NCBI GenBank assembly: GCA_026770705.1
Contig: JANJGN010000004.1
Span: 158,782,001 to 158,846,000, forward strand
Direction of reading: 5' to 3'
Source of the DNA: Isurus oxyrinchus
Taxonomy: Eukaryota
Length of the DNA stretch: 64,000 bases
The first letter of the stretch is position 1, and each line of letters starts with the position of its first letter. The translations under genes and the position numbers were made by a program. Below, piece by piece: positions 24,356 through 38,100 of this stretch. Under the pieces are notes generated by a model that was not told where the DNA came from, made no database searches, and saw only the letters and a list, made by a program, of their open reading frames with translations.

Positions 24356-25446
24356 CGCCAGTAGTGACCAGTGTCACCTTCACTTTCTTTTTGGAGATTG
24401 ACTTTTGACCACGTTAATGGGATTCCTGATAGCTGCAGCCTGCTGACCTAGAAGGTGAAGCAGACAATGTTTAGGGCACCAATCCTGAAAAAGGCTGCTC
24501 AATTGCACAGGGGGCTGCTAACTTTCACTTCTTTCCAGTGAAAACAACCCCATTCCCTGAGCTATCTGTGTGCAGGTTCATGGCTACAGCTCCCTGTGAC
24601 TCCACACCTGCTGATTTGCTGCTCACCAATTGCCAGAGGACTTGTGATAGATAGATAATGGAAGACAGATGATAAAAAGGTGACGAACTTATATATGTGA
24701 ACTGGATTATAGTGAGGAGAGTTGTATATCATTAGCCTCACTCTGTCATCCTGACCTATTTTGGTCCAGTGGCAGGACGAGTCCAGACAGCTGGTGATAG
24801 ATCCACATGTAGTAGGTAACCAGGACGTGTTTTGTTTCTTGTTGAGTTCTACACGTTAGACAACACTGCGCTGATTCGCCTTCCAGATCATTGGACTTTG
24901 GATTGGATTGGACCCTGGTATGGCCGCTCTCCCATGCTAACAACTACTTGGAGGCACAAGTGAGAGTTTGTGTGAAGGTGAGGGCCAATACAGAATGAGC
25001 CATTCCAAAGAGTGTGGTGAGCCTGCCTTTGAAAGGTGCAACCTTTCCTTTACACTTCGCCTTTTAAATAATCTGCATATTAAACACAATGACCCAGATT
25101 TTGACTGTAGTGACATGAGAACGGTGCTAACTGTCCACCTCACGAGAACTCTCAAACTTTTCATGGGCTTGTCAACAAATCCACAAATTCCACAAAACAT
25201 TGAATCTTTTACAGTACAACACCCTCTGCAGGGGATCTGTGGCAACTCTGCACATTTTTCAAAGTAATTCTCTCAATCTGATTGACTAAAAAGCCTCGCT
25301 GTTGCTTGCAATTAGGGAGAACGTGGGTGCCTTGTTAATAAGGAATGCCTGTTTGAAAGTCTAAAATTTAGCACACAATTGTTTGGTGCTCATTGATGAT
25401 TGTTTCAATGTGCCTGGGGGTGCTGAACCTGACAACTGCAATAATA

Positions 25447-25790
25447 TAAAAGCAAAATACTGCGGATGCTGGAAATCTAGAATAAGAACAAAAATACCTG
25501 GAAAAACTCAGCAGGTCTGACAGCATTTGCGGAAAGGAATACAGTTGTCGTTTCGAGTCTGTATGACCCTTCATTAGAACTAAAGAAATGGAGAAATCGG
25601 GTGAAATATAAGCTGATATGGGGGGGTGGGGGGGGGTGGGGTGGGGGGGGGGGGGGGGGGGGGTGGGGGGTGGGGGGGGTGGCAGTGGGAGGAGTGGGAC
25701 AAGTAGAGCTTGATAGGGGGCCAGTGATAGGTGAAGGCAAAGAAGAGATTGCCAAAGATGTCATAGACAAAAGGACAAAGGAGTGTTGTT
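25447..25790 (-). mobile_element. Penelope-like terminal repeat with long G-run
   Basis: Same repeat family; hammerhead-like motif near 25542-25581 on the minus strand. Confidence 0.75.
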
Positions 25791-25889
25791 GGGCACTCGA
25801 ACACTGATTAGAAATGAAGCCTGGAGCTTCATATGTAGCCTGTGCTCACCCATTTCCACTGAAGGTGTGGAGTGCACTGATGGGGAGTG

Positions 25890-27850
25890 AAGCCAATATG
25901 GAAGTGTGTCTGAACAAGCTAGAGACAGGACATCTGGGTTCTCCAATGCGACACTGGTGGAAAGGCAGAGGGGAGGAGGAGGGACGCCCTTTACCCCCAG
26001 TAGGGTAGGAGTCCACACTGAGTCAACTGATATGGTGCATGTTGGAGGAGATCAGCCAGGAGGTCGCAGCCAGTAGCCCTATCCTCAATTCCAGGGCATG
26101 GCTCCAGTGACACAATAATTTTAGTGACTTGACAAGTGTGGTCAAGGTAGGATCCCATTTCATGAATACACTTCTCAGTAACTGCATCAACAAGGCCAGC
26201 ATCACAACCTAAACACATAACATCCATCATCTAACTATACATTGACATTCACATGTCCAACACTATTGCATCCTCCGCAGACACTACTGGCACCTCAGAT
26301 ACATCTCAGCACTTCAACCCTGTGAGACATCACCCACAAATACACATATCAATAATAAAAACAGAAAGTGCTGGAAAAACTCAGCAGGTCTGGCAGCATC
26401 TGTGAAGAAAGAAACAGAGTTAACATTTCAAGTCCAATGTAACAGAGTTAATGTTTCAAGACCAATATGATTTTTCTTTGGAACATATATCAATACATTC
26501 ATTCACAATTACCACCATTTCTCTTCCAGGAAAGAAAGTGACAGCAGGACCTGGCCTGATGGTGAATGTGAACCATGTCTGCATGAGATCACCCCCCTTG
26601 AGGAGTGGCCATGATTGGGAAGTGAGTGGGGAATGCCATGGTCAGAGCCAGAGCAGGGGGTTTTGAGGTATGTGACTACTCCAGCTTCCTTATAAACACA
26701 CGCACATGACTATTCCTGATCACCCAAACCTATCCTCACACCCAGACTCATTGCAGGCTTCCTGGTGCAAGATCTACTAGTGTTGCTCTGCTGCCCAGGG
26801 TTCCTCAGTTGAAATGCAGAATATCTCTGATGGCCGGATCTTCCCTCCAGCAGATAAGTGGGCTGGCTGAATATATGCCCTGAGGTAGTGGTTTGGAGTA
26901 GGAATCTACCAGCATCTCTCCAGATACTAGCATTGCTACTCCCTAGCCTGGCCACTGCACCATGACCTTTGTGGCTCCCTGTCAGGTAAGCGGCCCAGTC
27001 TGCTGAAGCCTATGCTGAGATGGTGCCATCATGACCCACAGAATCTCAAGGGTGTCAGATTCTTAGCAGCCATACACCTCACCTGCTGCTCTCACTAGCG
27101 GTGCACTTTGTAAAGCTCCATATTATGCAAGAGCACTTATAGATAGCCATTATGGGTAAGCACCGCAGTAACTCCTTTAATATTTACAAATGCTGTTGGC
27201 TGTGTCCTGCTTACATTGTTTCTTTTTAATGTATATAAACAATGATTATGGTAATAGGATAGTGATGAACTGGTCATCTTTTTTATTGTGATCTTCATGA
27301 GGAAGCGATTGAAAAGATTGAGTGAGGATGATGGACTGCCTGTTGGATCCTCAGTTGTGGAAGATACATCATGTGGCAAAGTGCTCTGAAGTCTGCTGGT
27401 GGAGGACCTCTCTCAAAAACGCTCTTCACTTAGATGGTGATGATTAGATCGTGACTCCCAGGTGCAGGCTGTCCAAGTAGAAGCCTCTGGTGTTCTCCCT
27501 TGTCTGCCTTCCTCCTGCTCCACTTGCGCATCCTGAGTTTGGCCCTCTGGCACAGCACCTCATTCATCAGACACTGTATGATGTTGGTGGTAATGGCTGG
27601 TCTTTCTTGATTGCCAAATTGAGGAACATGCAGCAAATCACCATGAATCTGGACATTTTCTCAGTTGAGTGTTGTAGGACACCTCCTGCATCTAAACCTC
27701 TTCTTGAGCACCCTGATAATCAGGTAGTCAAGTGGCTTCTGTTGCATGAGTGCTCAGCTGTTGTCTGGTTAGATGAGCCATGACATCCCCTGTCACCTAG
27801 GGTGGTATTAATGGAGGCAACAGGGGTCTCGTCCACCAGTTGGAAATCTG
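25890..27850. mobile_element. Old Harbinger remnant: Myb/SANT exon (+, ~25900-26147) and transposase C-terminus (-, ~27500-27840)
   Basis: Plus strand reads ..EEISQEV..RAWLQ*HNNFSDLTSVVK|gtag. Minus strand reads VLKKRFRC and VICCMFLNLAIKKDQPLPP. Confidence 0.65.
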
Positions 27851-29529
27851 GCGGAAGCTCTTTATTGCCTCTTTCAAGGAAGGCCCACTCAGGCTCTTAA
27901 CTGTTTAGTGAAAGGCTTTCCCCAGGATCAAGGACCTCAGGGGGTGGAAGTTCCACCTGCCAAGAGCTGCTGGTCAATCAAAGGTGGGCAGCTCTATTGG
28001 ACAGCAGCGCCATCGTGAAGGCAGAGGCTGCTACGGGTACAACAGCCACGCGAGGCGTAGTATCATTGCTGGATCTCAGGCCACAGGTGAATTATGGTGG
28101 GACAATGGGGGGGTGGGGGGAGAGGGGTTGGGGGGGGCGTTGTTGTGGGGGAGGGGGGTCGGTAACGAGAGCAGGGGGCTGGCTCTCAGTGGGGCCCTCC
28201 CACCTTCCCGATGCCAGGTCCCTTGATCAGTCACTGAATGTCTTTGAATGAGAGACACCCCATGGGAACCCAGAAACAATCCCATATGGGTTGCTTCCTG
28301 CATGGCCAGCCCCCATCCTCCACTGGCTTAATACCAGCGGAAGTGTGATGAGGCCCTTAAGTGGGCATTAACTGGTTAACTGCCCTAGAACTCAGTGTGG
28401 CTTTAAGTCACACTTAAAATGCTCAGCAAGGATTAGTTACTCCTGTTCAAATGGTTTTTGTTTGGAGATGTCATTAATTGTAGCACTAGTCATCAATATG
28501 GCATGCAATCTCTTTAATGAGTGCTAGCAGGCAGTTTAATTATCAACTATCCCCTTAGCAGTTCTCTGGATGGCCATATCCATCACAATAATAGCATAAT
28601 TAGCACAACTCCAAGATGATACCCTCTGCTTAGCATAGGATAAACTGGCATTGCAGTTTAAGGCCCTATCTTGGCCACCACAGAGGCGACGCGGAGTTCA
28701 AACTAGGGAGTTTAAAGCAGGAAATATAAATTAAAGCTAAATTATATGGATAAATAAAGGGATTAAGGGAGAGAGATATAAAAAAGAAACATGTAAAGTA
28801 AAAGGAAGATATGTCAATTAAAGATGTGAATCATTAATTTTCTTCAGAGGGAATGAGATCACACTTCTAAAATTATTTTTATAGAGATTGTTCAACGGTA
28901 ATTATCACTTCTCATGCCATTAAAGCACGCTTTCTCCTAAATGTGCCAGCCCTAACTTTGCAGACAGCTTTTGACTGGAACTAATGGGTAATTACCACAT
29001 GTACATGTCATCATAGTGTTTTCAGTGCTGAGTTTATCAGTGAGGGCTGCAACAGTGCACCCTATGGGGGAGAAGAGTATCTCTGACTAACTTCTGGATT
29101 TCTGTGTTTAACTGTGCATGTGCGGATGGTAGAAGCTGCTGTCAGATTTAGCCTGTAATAATGGTAGTCTCACCTTTATTATTAGAGCAAATTCCAGACC
29201 AATGTGCTTATTTCTTGTAAACAGCGCATCTTTATGGGTATTCTCAGGACAATTTTAAGACTTTGCTACTCCTCCAATCCAAAGAATGTAGCTGCCTAAC
29301 ATCAATTATTAACAACACATTCAATTTATCCATTCATCAAAAACTAATATACACAAATCTCTATTGGCCACATGATGAAACTCTGCTTTGATCATATATA
29401 TGACCATTTAACTAGTCCTTCAGTTAGTTAAATTCAGAGTTAGTTGAAATACTATCTTGTAAAACACTTTACCAAGTTTGCGAATATCATATGCATATAA
29501 CAGCCGAAAATTTAATGATGTTCAATAAG

Positions 29530-31470
29530 GAGTGTAATACAACATGCCAGGAGCAGCACTAAGCATACCTAAAAATGAGATGCAAAGCTGGTGAAGTTAC
29601 AACACAGGACTACATGTATGCTAAACAACAGAAGCAGCATTGTATAGACAGAGCTAAGCTTACCCCACAACCAATGGATCAGATCAAAGCTCTGTCATCC
29701 TGCCACATCCATTTATGCATTATCACAGACACTTAAACAACTAATCAGAACCACATATATCCCCAACCTCAATGATGGGGGAGTTCAGCACATTAGTGCA
29801 AAAGACAAGGCTGAAGCATTTGCAACCATTTTCAACCAGAAGTGCCAGTTAGATGATCCATCTTGGTCTCCTCCTGAGGTTCCCTGCATTAGAAATGACT
29901 ATAGTCAGCCAATTCGATTCAGCCCATGCGATATTAAGAAACGGCTGAAGGCAATGGATGCTGCAAAGGCTACGCGCCCTGACAACATCCTGGCAATAGT
30001 TCTGAAGATTTGTGCTCCACAACTAGCCAAGCTGCTCCAGCATATCTAAAATATTGGCACCTCCCCAACAGTGGAAAATTGTCCAAGTATGTCTGACCCA
30101 CAAAAAGGAGAACAAATCCAACCTAGCCAAATACCCCCCTAAGCAACCTACTGTTGATCATCAGCAAAGTGTAGGTGGCATTGACAATGCTATCAAGTGC
30201 CACATACACAGCAATAACCTGCTCAATTATGCTCAGTTCAGGTTTCACCAGAACGACTTGGTTCCTGACCTCATTTCAGCCTTGGTCCAAACATGGACAA
30301 AAGAACTGAGCTCAAGAGCTGAGGTGAGAGTGTCTGCCCTTGACATCAAGGCAGCTTTTGGCCGAGTATGGCAATAAAGAGCCCTCGTAAAGCTGAAGTC
30401 AATGGAGATTGGAAGAAAACTAACACATGGTTAGAGTCATACCTAGCACAAAGGAAGATGATTGTGGTTGTTGGAGATCAATCATCTCAGTCTCAGGACA
30501 TCGCTGCAGGAATTCCACAGGATGGTGTCCTAGGCCTAATCATCTTCAGTTGCTTCATCAATGATCTTCCTTCCATCATAAGGTCAGAACGGGGCTGTTC
30601 ACTGTTGATTGCACAGTGCTCAGTACTATTCACAACTCCTCATATAATGAAGCAGTCTATATCCATATGCAGCAAGACCTAGAAAACATCAAGCTTGGGC
30701 TGATGTAGCTAGTAACATTTGTGCCAACAAGTGCCAGGCAATAAGCATCTCCAACAAGAGAGAATCTAACCATCACTTGATATTCAATGGCATTACCATC
30801 ATTGAATACCCCATAATTAATATCCTGGGGGTTACCATTGACCAGAAACTGGCCTGAACCAGCCAGATAAACGCTGCAGGTGTAAGAGCAGATCAGAGAC
30901 TGGCAATTCTGTGGCGAGTAACTCATCTCCTGACTTCCTGTCCACAATCTACATGGCACAAGTCAGGAGTGTGATGGAATATTATCCGCTTGCCTGGATG
31001 AGCGCAGCTCCAACAACACTCAAGAAGCTCAACAACATCCAAGACAAATCAGCCCGCTTGACTGTCACCCCATCCACCACATTAAACATTTACTCCTTCC
31101 ACCACCCACCCCCTTGTACCAGTGTGTATCATATAGAAAATGCACTGCAGTAACCTGCCAGGTCTCCCTTGACAGCACCTTCCAAACACACGACCTTTAG
31201 CACCTAGAAGAACAAGGACAGCAGGTGCATGGCGACACTACCATTTCCAAGTTCCCCTCCAAGTCACACACCATCCTGACTTGGAAATATATCTCTGTTC
31301 CTTCACTGTTGCTGTGTCAAAATTCTAGAACTCCCTCCCTAACAGCACTGTGGGTGTCCTTAGGCTGCAGCGGCTCAAGAAGGCGGCTCATTACCATCTT
31401 CTCAAGGGCAATTAGGGATTGACAACAAATACTGGCCTTAACACTAACACTCATATCTTATGAAAAATTG
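29530..31470 (+). mobile_element. HER1-like LINE, 5'-truncated
   Basis: RT motifs ALDIKAAF, GIPQDGVLG, FINDLP and the family 3' tail. Confidence 0.88.
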
Positions 31471-32499
31471 AAAGAAAATCCAAATTCCACAAGTTGAATC
31501 ATATGAAGATTGCTCAAGTAATGTGTTGATAGTTTCAGCAGAAAAAGACAGCAATAGGCACAGGAGACGGTGGGGAAGGGTGTACAATTGCATGGGATGG
31601 CATTGGACTAGAAATTTTATGGGTGACGGATGACAAGCCATGTGGGGGGGCACCGCCAGCATTTTCAAAATGAGCAAGTGAAAAGCACTTAAATTTGTTA
31701 TGTGGCAATAGAACACATATGTCCCCCCATCCCCCGTCACTCCCCAGGATTTAACGGTGAGCACACAGGACAAAAGGTTAGGGGCCTTGGCAGGATTTAT
31801 AGGGCAGCAATGGAAAGGCCACCTGTTGTTATTGCTACACTCAAAAGCCATGGAGTAAGTCTTTTTTCTTTATTTCCTTGAAAAGAGTTGGTCAGCCATT
31901 GATTTTATTTGGATTCAAGGTCCTCTGGATGTGATTGTATTCCTGTCAAGGGCTCATCAGAGAGGGGCCTTATAAGGTTAAGACTGTGCAGCTACTAGAT
32001 GGTTATCCCAGTCAGATTGGCAGTGCCCAAGTGGCAAGGGCATAGTGCATTCTGGAGGATTCTGGAGCATATCAATGGTTCCTGGAAGCTGGAGGTGTGT
32101 GGGAGTGGGTTGCTGAAATCTTGCTGGCCCTAGTCTTCTCAAAATGGTTGCAGGGAGGATCACTAAAGCAGAGACTATTTGCATCAGGATGCATGTGATG
32201 GTGGCTCTTTAAACATGGTGCCAGCGCTTCCTTCTGTGCCAGGTGACTACCACAAAGCCCGCTTCCAGCCAGCGCAGTAAGATTGCTCATCCCTAATTGC
32301 TCTTGAGAAGGTGGTGGTGTGCTGCTTTCTCAAACAGCTGTAGTCCATGTGGTGCTGGTATGCCCACAGTACTGTTAGGGAGGGAGTTCCAGGGTTTGGT
32401 GTAAAAAAAATGAATTACAATGAAGTGTAAAGAGCGGGGACTCTTCAAGTGTAAAGAACCAGGGATACTAGAGTAATTAATTAATAAATTAAATTAAAT

Positions 32500-34762
32500 A
32501 GGATGGTGATGGCAGGACAGGTGATGTGTCGCTGCTGCAGCATGTGTGAGCTGCTGGACGCCAAGGTGATCGAGAGTGAACACATCTGTAGTAAGTATTT
32601 GCAGCTTGAGGAACATCAGATCTGAGTTGAGATGCCGGTGTCTGAGCTGCAGACATTGTGCCACATCAGGGAGGGGGAAAGTTACCTGGACACTTTGTTC
32701 CAGGAGGCGGTCACACTGCTCAGATTAGGTAATACAAATTTGGTCTATGATCAGGGACCGGAGGGTGTGACTGCAGGTGAGGGGGTTACGGGAAGCCAGG
32801 AGCTTGCATCGAGGAGCCTCAGCCCCTGCAGTTGTCCAACAGTTATGAGGTTTTTGCAAGCTGTATGGACAACAGCAGGGACTGCAGGGAGGATGAGCAA
32901 ACTGACCACAGCATTGTGGTACAGGGAGCCATTCAAGTGAGGGTGAGGAAATAAGAATGTAGTAGTGGTAGGGGACAGTATAATTAGGGGGAATAGATAC
33001 TGTTCTCTGTAGCCATGAGCATGAGTCCTGAAGGCTGTGTTGCTTGCCCAGTGCCAGGGTTAAGGATATCTCCTCAGGGCTGGAGAGGAACTTGGAGTGG
33101 GAGGGGAGGGATTCAGTTGTTGTCACCTATGTTGATACCAACGACATTGATAGGACTAGAATGGAGGTTCAGCTGATGGATTTTAACAGTTAGGAGCTAA
33201 ATTAAAAAACAGAACCTCCAAGGTTCTCAGGATTGTTACCTGAGCCACAGGCAAACTGGCATAGGGTAAATAAAGTCAAGGAGGTAAATGTGTGGCTGAA
33301 AGATTGGTGTGAGAGGAATGGGTCTCAGTTCATGGGGCACTGGCAACAGTACTGGAGCTGTTCCGGTGGGACGGGCATCACTTAAACCATGTTGGGACCA
33401 GAGTCCTGGTGAATTGAATAGCTAAAGCTGTTGAGAGGGCTTTAAACTAAATAGAAGGGGGAATGGTTCTGGAGAGGGGATATGTATGCTTACAAAGCAA
33501 AACAATGTGGCAGCATTGCAGGGCAGCTATTTAGGTAATGATACCCAGAGCGTGACAGGAAGGGACAGATGTACAAACATAAAAAACAGCAGCAAGTAGG
33601 GTCAAAGGGGAAAAAATGGTAAAAAGGCAAAATTAATGGCCCTCTACTTAAATGCGCCTAGTATTTGGAACAAAATTAATGCATAAATGGCACAAATAGA
33701 GGTTAATGAATATGACCTTATAGCCATTACAGAGACATGGTTACAAGGAGACCAAAGCTGGGAACTAAATGTTCAGGGGTATGAGACTTCAAAAGGACAG
33801 GCAGGAAGGAAAGGGTGGTGGGATAGCTTCGTTAGTATGAGATGGAATAAGTACGATAGCAAGAAATGATCTTGGGTTGGAAGATGTAGAATCTGTATGG
33901 GTGGAGGCAAGGAATAACAAGGGGAAGAAGATACTGGCAGGAGTAGTCTATAGGCCCCCTAACAGTAGCAATGCTGTAGAGAATAAATCAGGCAATAATG
34001 AGAGCATGTAAAAAGGCAGAATATTAATCATAGGTGATTTTAATCTTCATGGAGATTGGGAAAATCAAATTGGCAGAGGTAGCCATGAGCAAGAATTTAT
34101 AGAGTGTATTCGGGACAGTTTCCTAGAACAATGGGCCGTAAATTCCAACTAGCGTCAGAAAGTGCTGGCTTGCAGAAATGAGAAGAAATAAATGCCACAC
34201 TTACCTGGTCTTGAAAACTTCTGTTTGCTGGAGCTGCTTGGAGCCTGCATCAAAAGAATCCTCGCAGGCCCCAGCGAAGTCTAGCTCCAGCATATTCAAA
34301 GAAGTCACGCCCCCTTTTTTACAGCACTTGCTACCGTAAAGCAGGTAAGTTTAAAGGCCAGGGAAATTGACAGGCCAGGGAAAGGTCAGTGTCTAAGTTA
34401 AGTGGATAGGATGATAGACTTGACAGGGTAGATGCTGAGAGGTTGTTTCCTCTTGTGGGAGAGTCTAAGACATAATCTCAGAGTAAGGGGGCATCTATTT
34501 AAAACAGAGATGAGGAGGAATTTCTTCTCTCAGAGGCTAGTGAATCTGTGGAATTCTTTACCACAGAGGACTGTAGAGGCTGGGTCGTTAAGTGTACTCA
34601 AGGCTGAGATAGGCAGATTTTTAATCAGTAAGGGAATCAAGGTTATGGTGAAAAGGCAAGAAAGTGGAGTTGAGGATTATCAGATCAGGCATGATCTCAT
34701 TGAATGGCAGAGCAGACTCGACGGGCGGAATGGCCTACTTCTGCCCCTACATCTTATCTTAT
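32500..34762 (+). mobile_element. CR1 LINE (ORF1, endonuclease start, 3' end) with the middle lost and an unrelated MITE-like segment at ~34132-34410
   Basis: CxxC plus esterase ORF1, YDLIAITETWLQ, YRPPNS, and MRRNFFSQRLVNLWNSLP. Confidence 0.82.
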
Positions 34763-35066
34763 TTTGACCCAGCGACAGTTAAGGATCGGTGATATATTTC
34801 CAAGTCAGGACAGTGAGTGGCTTGGAGGGGAATTTCCAGGTGGTGGTGTTCCCATGTGTCTGCTGCACTTGGCCTTCTAGATGGTGGAGGCTGTGGGCTT
34901 GGAAGGTGCTGTCTAAGGAGGCTTGGTGAGTTCCTGCAGGGCATCTTGTAGATGGTGCACACTGCTGCCAATGTGCATCGGTGGTGGAGGGAGTGAATGT
35001 TTGTGGTGGGCTGCCAATCAAGCAGGCTGCTTTGTCCTGGATGGTGTCAAGTTTCTTGAGTGTCAT
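34763..35066 (-). mobile_element. HER1-like LINE fragment
   Basis: TLKKLDTIQDKAACLIG on the minus strand. Confidence 0.8.
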
Positions 35067-35159
35067 ACAGAGGTATTTCTATGCTTATCATATTTGACTT
35101 TGAATTAACTTAATATTTTGCTGTACTGGCAGATCTCCAGTGACATTGCTGCTGATGAG

Positions 35160-38100
35160 TCATAGAATTATAAAATTAGACGCAGATCACACCTATGCCC
35201 AGAGCTAAATCTTCAACTGAAATTATCCACTGTAATCCTACTTTGCTATGCTTTCCACATATTTTTCATAGCTTTTTCTGTTTTGATCCTTATCTAATTA
35301 TCTTTTAAATTGTAACAGTGTTCCTGTGTCAATAGCCATTTATGGTAAAGCAGTCCATATTCCAGTAATCATCTGCGTGAAAGCACTTCTTTTAACATTC
35401 CCCTTTATTCTTCTAGTGATAATACTGAGACTATTGTCAGCTAATTGACAAATTAGCCTAGTCAACAGGAGATTTTAAGTCTCGTGGGGACCCTTTTAAA
35501 CAACTGTAGAGAATACTTCAGCAATCTGCTCCAGAGGCTGAAATCTCTCTGTTTAAAGAAACACTTCCTAAGATCTAATCTAATTCTTTGCCTGGTGATT
35601 TTATATAAAAACGCAAAGACTTATCATCCTTATCAATTTCAAAAAGTTCACCCAACTGGACAGAGTCTGATTCCTACATTATTAAACTCCTTAAACATAT
35701 TCCCCTCAGCCTGCATTTCTCTGAAAAAAATAATTCTACTTCCTGAACCTTACCATGATAACCTATTTTGATGGTCTTTCTTTGTACTCAGGGTCTCAGC
35801 CCCAGGTGCAGGACACTAAGTTCCAAGTGCAACTGACCAGCAATTTCTGGAAATTTGCAATTCGTTTTGTTGCTGAACTTGCTGGTCGATTTGTCCCTTA
35901 ATAATGGCTTGTGCAGTTAACCAGTTATTAATTCTCCAGCATGATCTGGCCTAAGGTCTGATTGAAGCATATAAGATCCTGAAGGGTCTTGACAGGGTAT
36001 ATGTGGAATCCTTGTACAGCCCATGTATTGTATCCGTAGTTGTATATTGCATTACTTGAGCAATATACCCAAAACCTCTATGAGCTTTCCTAATGGTTTT
36101 ATCACACTATTTGTGATAATGATTTATGATTTATCAACTATGACCTCCATTTCCCCCTCTTGATCCTTCAGTGAGCATCGCAACATGCCATACACATGCC
36201 TATGGTTTTCCAAACCTGATATATAACATCTATCCACATTGAAAGGCATCTGTCTTGCAGGGGCATAGCTCCTTAATTTACCTAAATCATTCTGGAATAT
36301 ATTACATATGAACATACAAATTAGGAGCAGGGGTAGGCCACTTATCCCCTCGAACTTGGCATTCAATAAGATCGTGGTTAATCTGATTGTACCCTCAACT
36401 CCACATTTCCATCTACCCCCGATAACCTGTTAATCAAGAATCTATCTGCTTTAAAAACAATCAAAGTTTCTGCTTCCACCGCCTTTTGAGAAAGAGTTCC
36501 AAAGGCTCACTACCCTCTGAGAGAAAAAAAATTCTCATCTCTGTCTTAATTGGTGACCCCTAGTTTTAGATTTTCCCACAAGAAGAAACATCCTTTTCAT
36601 GTCCATCCTGTCAAGACCCTTCAGGATCTTACACGTTTCAAACAGATCTTGGGCCAAATCTTGCTGGAGAATTAATAACATGTTAACTGCGCAAGCCATT
36701 ATTAAGGGACAAATCGGCTAGCAAGTTCAGCGACAAAGGATAGAGCACGAGTTGCAAATTTCCAGAAATTGCTGATCAGTTTATGCCACTGTGCTGTTGG
36801 CTTTAGCCCTTAGCCTCCCCATTGTTTTTAAGGGCTTGCAGGATTTTCACATTAATTGCTATTAAGCACACCACAGAAAATTAAGGCTAAAAATTCAATC
36901 TAAATGCCTCTGTAATGACATGATAATTATTAATACAATGCCAATCAATTTTTCCAGCCCAGAAAAGAAATTATTTAAACTGTTGAATCTCATCCGGGTC
37001 TACAGTAATTTCCTCTTCGGTATTTTAAAAATCTCAATTTAAAATGTTTACCTTTTTCTCTGACTTTTCCTTTGTCTCTTTTTCTCGTTTTTTAATTTTC
37101 CCTCTTATTTCGCTTTCTGTACAGAATTTGACTTCAATTCATCCACCTTTTCTGTCATTCTTCTGTTTCATTCCCAATCCTCAAAATCTTATTGATTGAG
37201 GAGATGGCCCATTGGTCCCCACCCATTCACTGAGGTCCCAGATGCCCTTGCCACACTGTTGTCAGCTAACACTTCTGGAAAGTTCTGACACAAACAGTTT
37301 CTAAACTGAAGGGCGAAGAAAAGAGTTTAACAATATATGCCAAGAGATGCTCTGCTCCAGCAAGATTCAGCCCATTAACTTGGTCTAAATTGTCTAGCAC
37401 TGCATATTTGCTTGTGTCATCTGCAAACTTTTAATGTTCCATTAATGCCCTCATCCAAATAATTTATGAAGATAATGAACAGCAATGATTTAAAAACAGA
37501 GACAAAAGGGGTGTCACATAGATCTACTTGAATTGATGTCAACAAGATTGCAAGGAGTAACTTGTCCGGCGATATGATCTGCCTACTAATCCCATTTAAT
37601 GTAATCTTTTCAAAACAGCTGTCTGTACAGCACACAACTGGTTACTTTTTGGAAATAAAGATATATATCACATAATGGATTGCTATCATCTATATTTCAT
37701 CGTTTTGTCAAAGATCACAGCCAGATTCTTTGTTTTTCTAACGCCATACTGAAACTCCAAGAACTGCCAAACTCTCCTGTAAAAATAACTTTCTACAACT
37801 GTCAGGCCTACCATTCTCCAAGTCTGATTTCCTTGCCACTTAAGTTTGACCAGTGGAATCTCAAATACTTTAGAAGTAGGTGAGTTAATGGCTTGCACAA
37901 TATTTTTCCTTTAGCACTCTGGATTAAATGGTATCAGGTTCAGCCTCACAGTTGATCTTGAGTACCTTAATTCTGACTAAGACCATTATTTACAAATACC
38001 TAATTTTTTTATGATCATTCTCTCTCTATTTAGTCACTTTGTTGGGCTTATATAGGATATTGCCATATATCTTTATTGCGTTGTGGAAGTAATATATTAC

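Larger units (their letters stand above)
18208..24960 (-). mobile_element. RTE-clade LINE, fragmented by nested insertions
   Basis: Minus-strand pieces: WNVRTF.D...RPE (~24250), PTMTNPDEVKDKFYD (~20960-21004), FYDALKTVYG, KQGCVLAPTLFS, FADD, and ISTKKTEVM. Confidence 0.85.
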
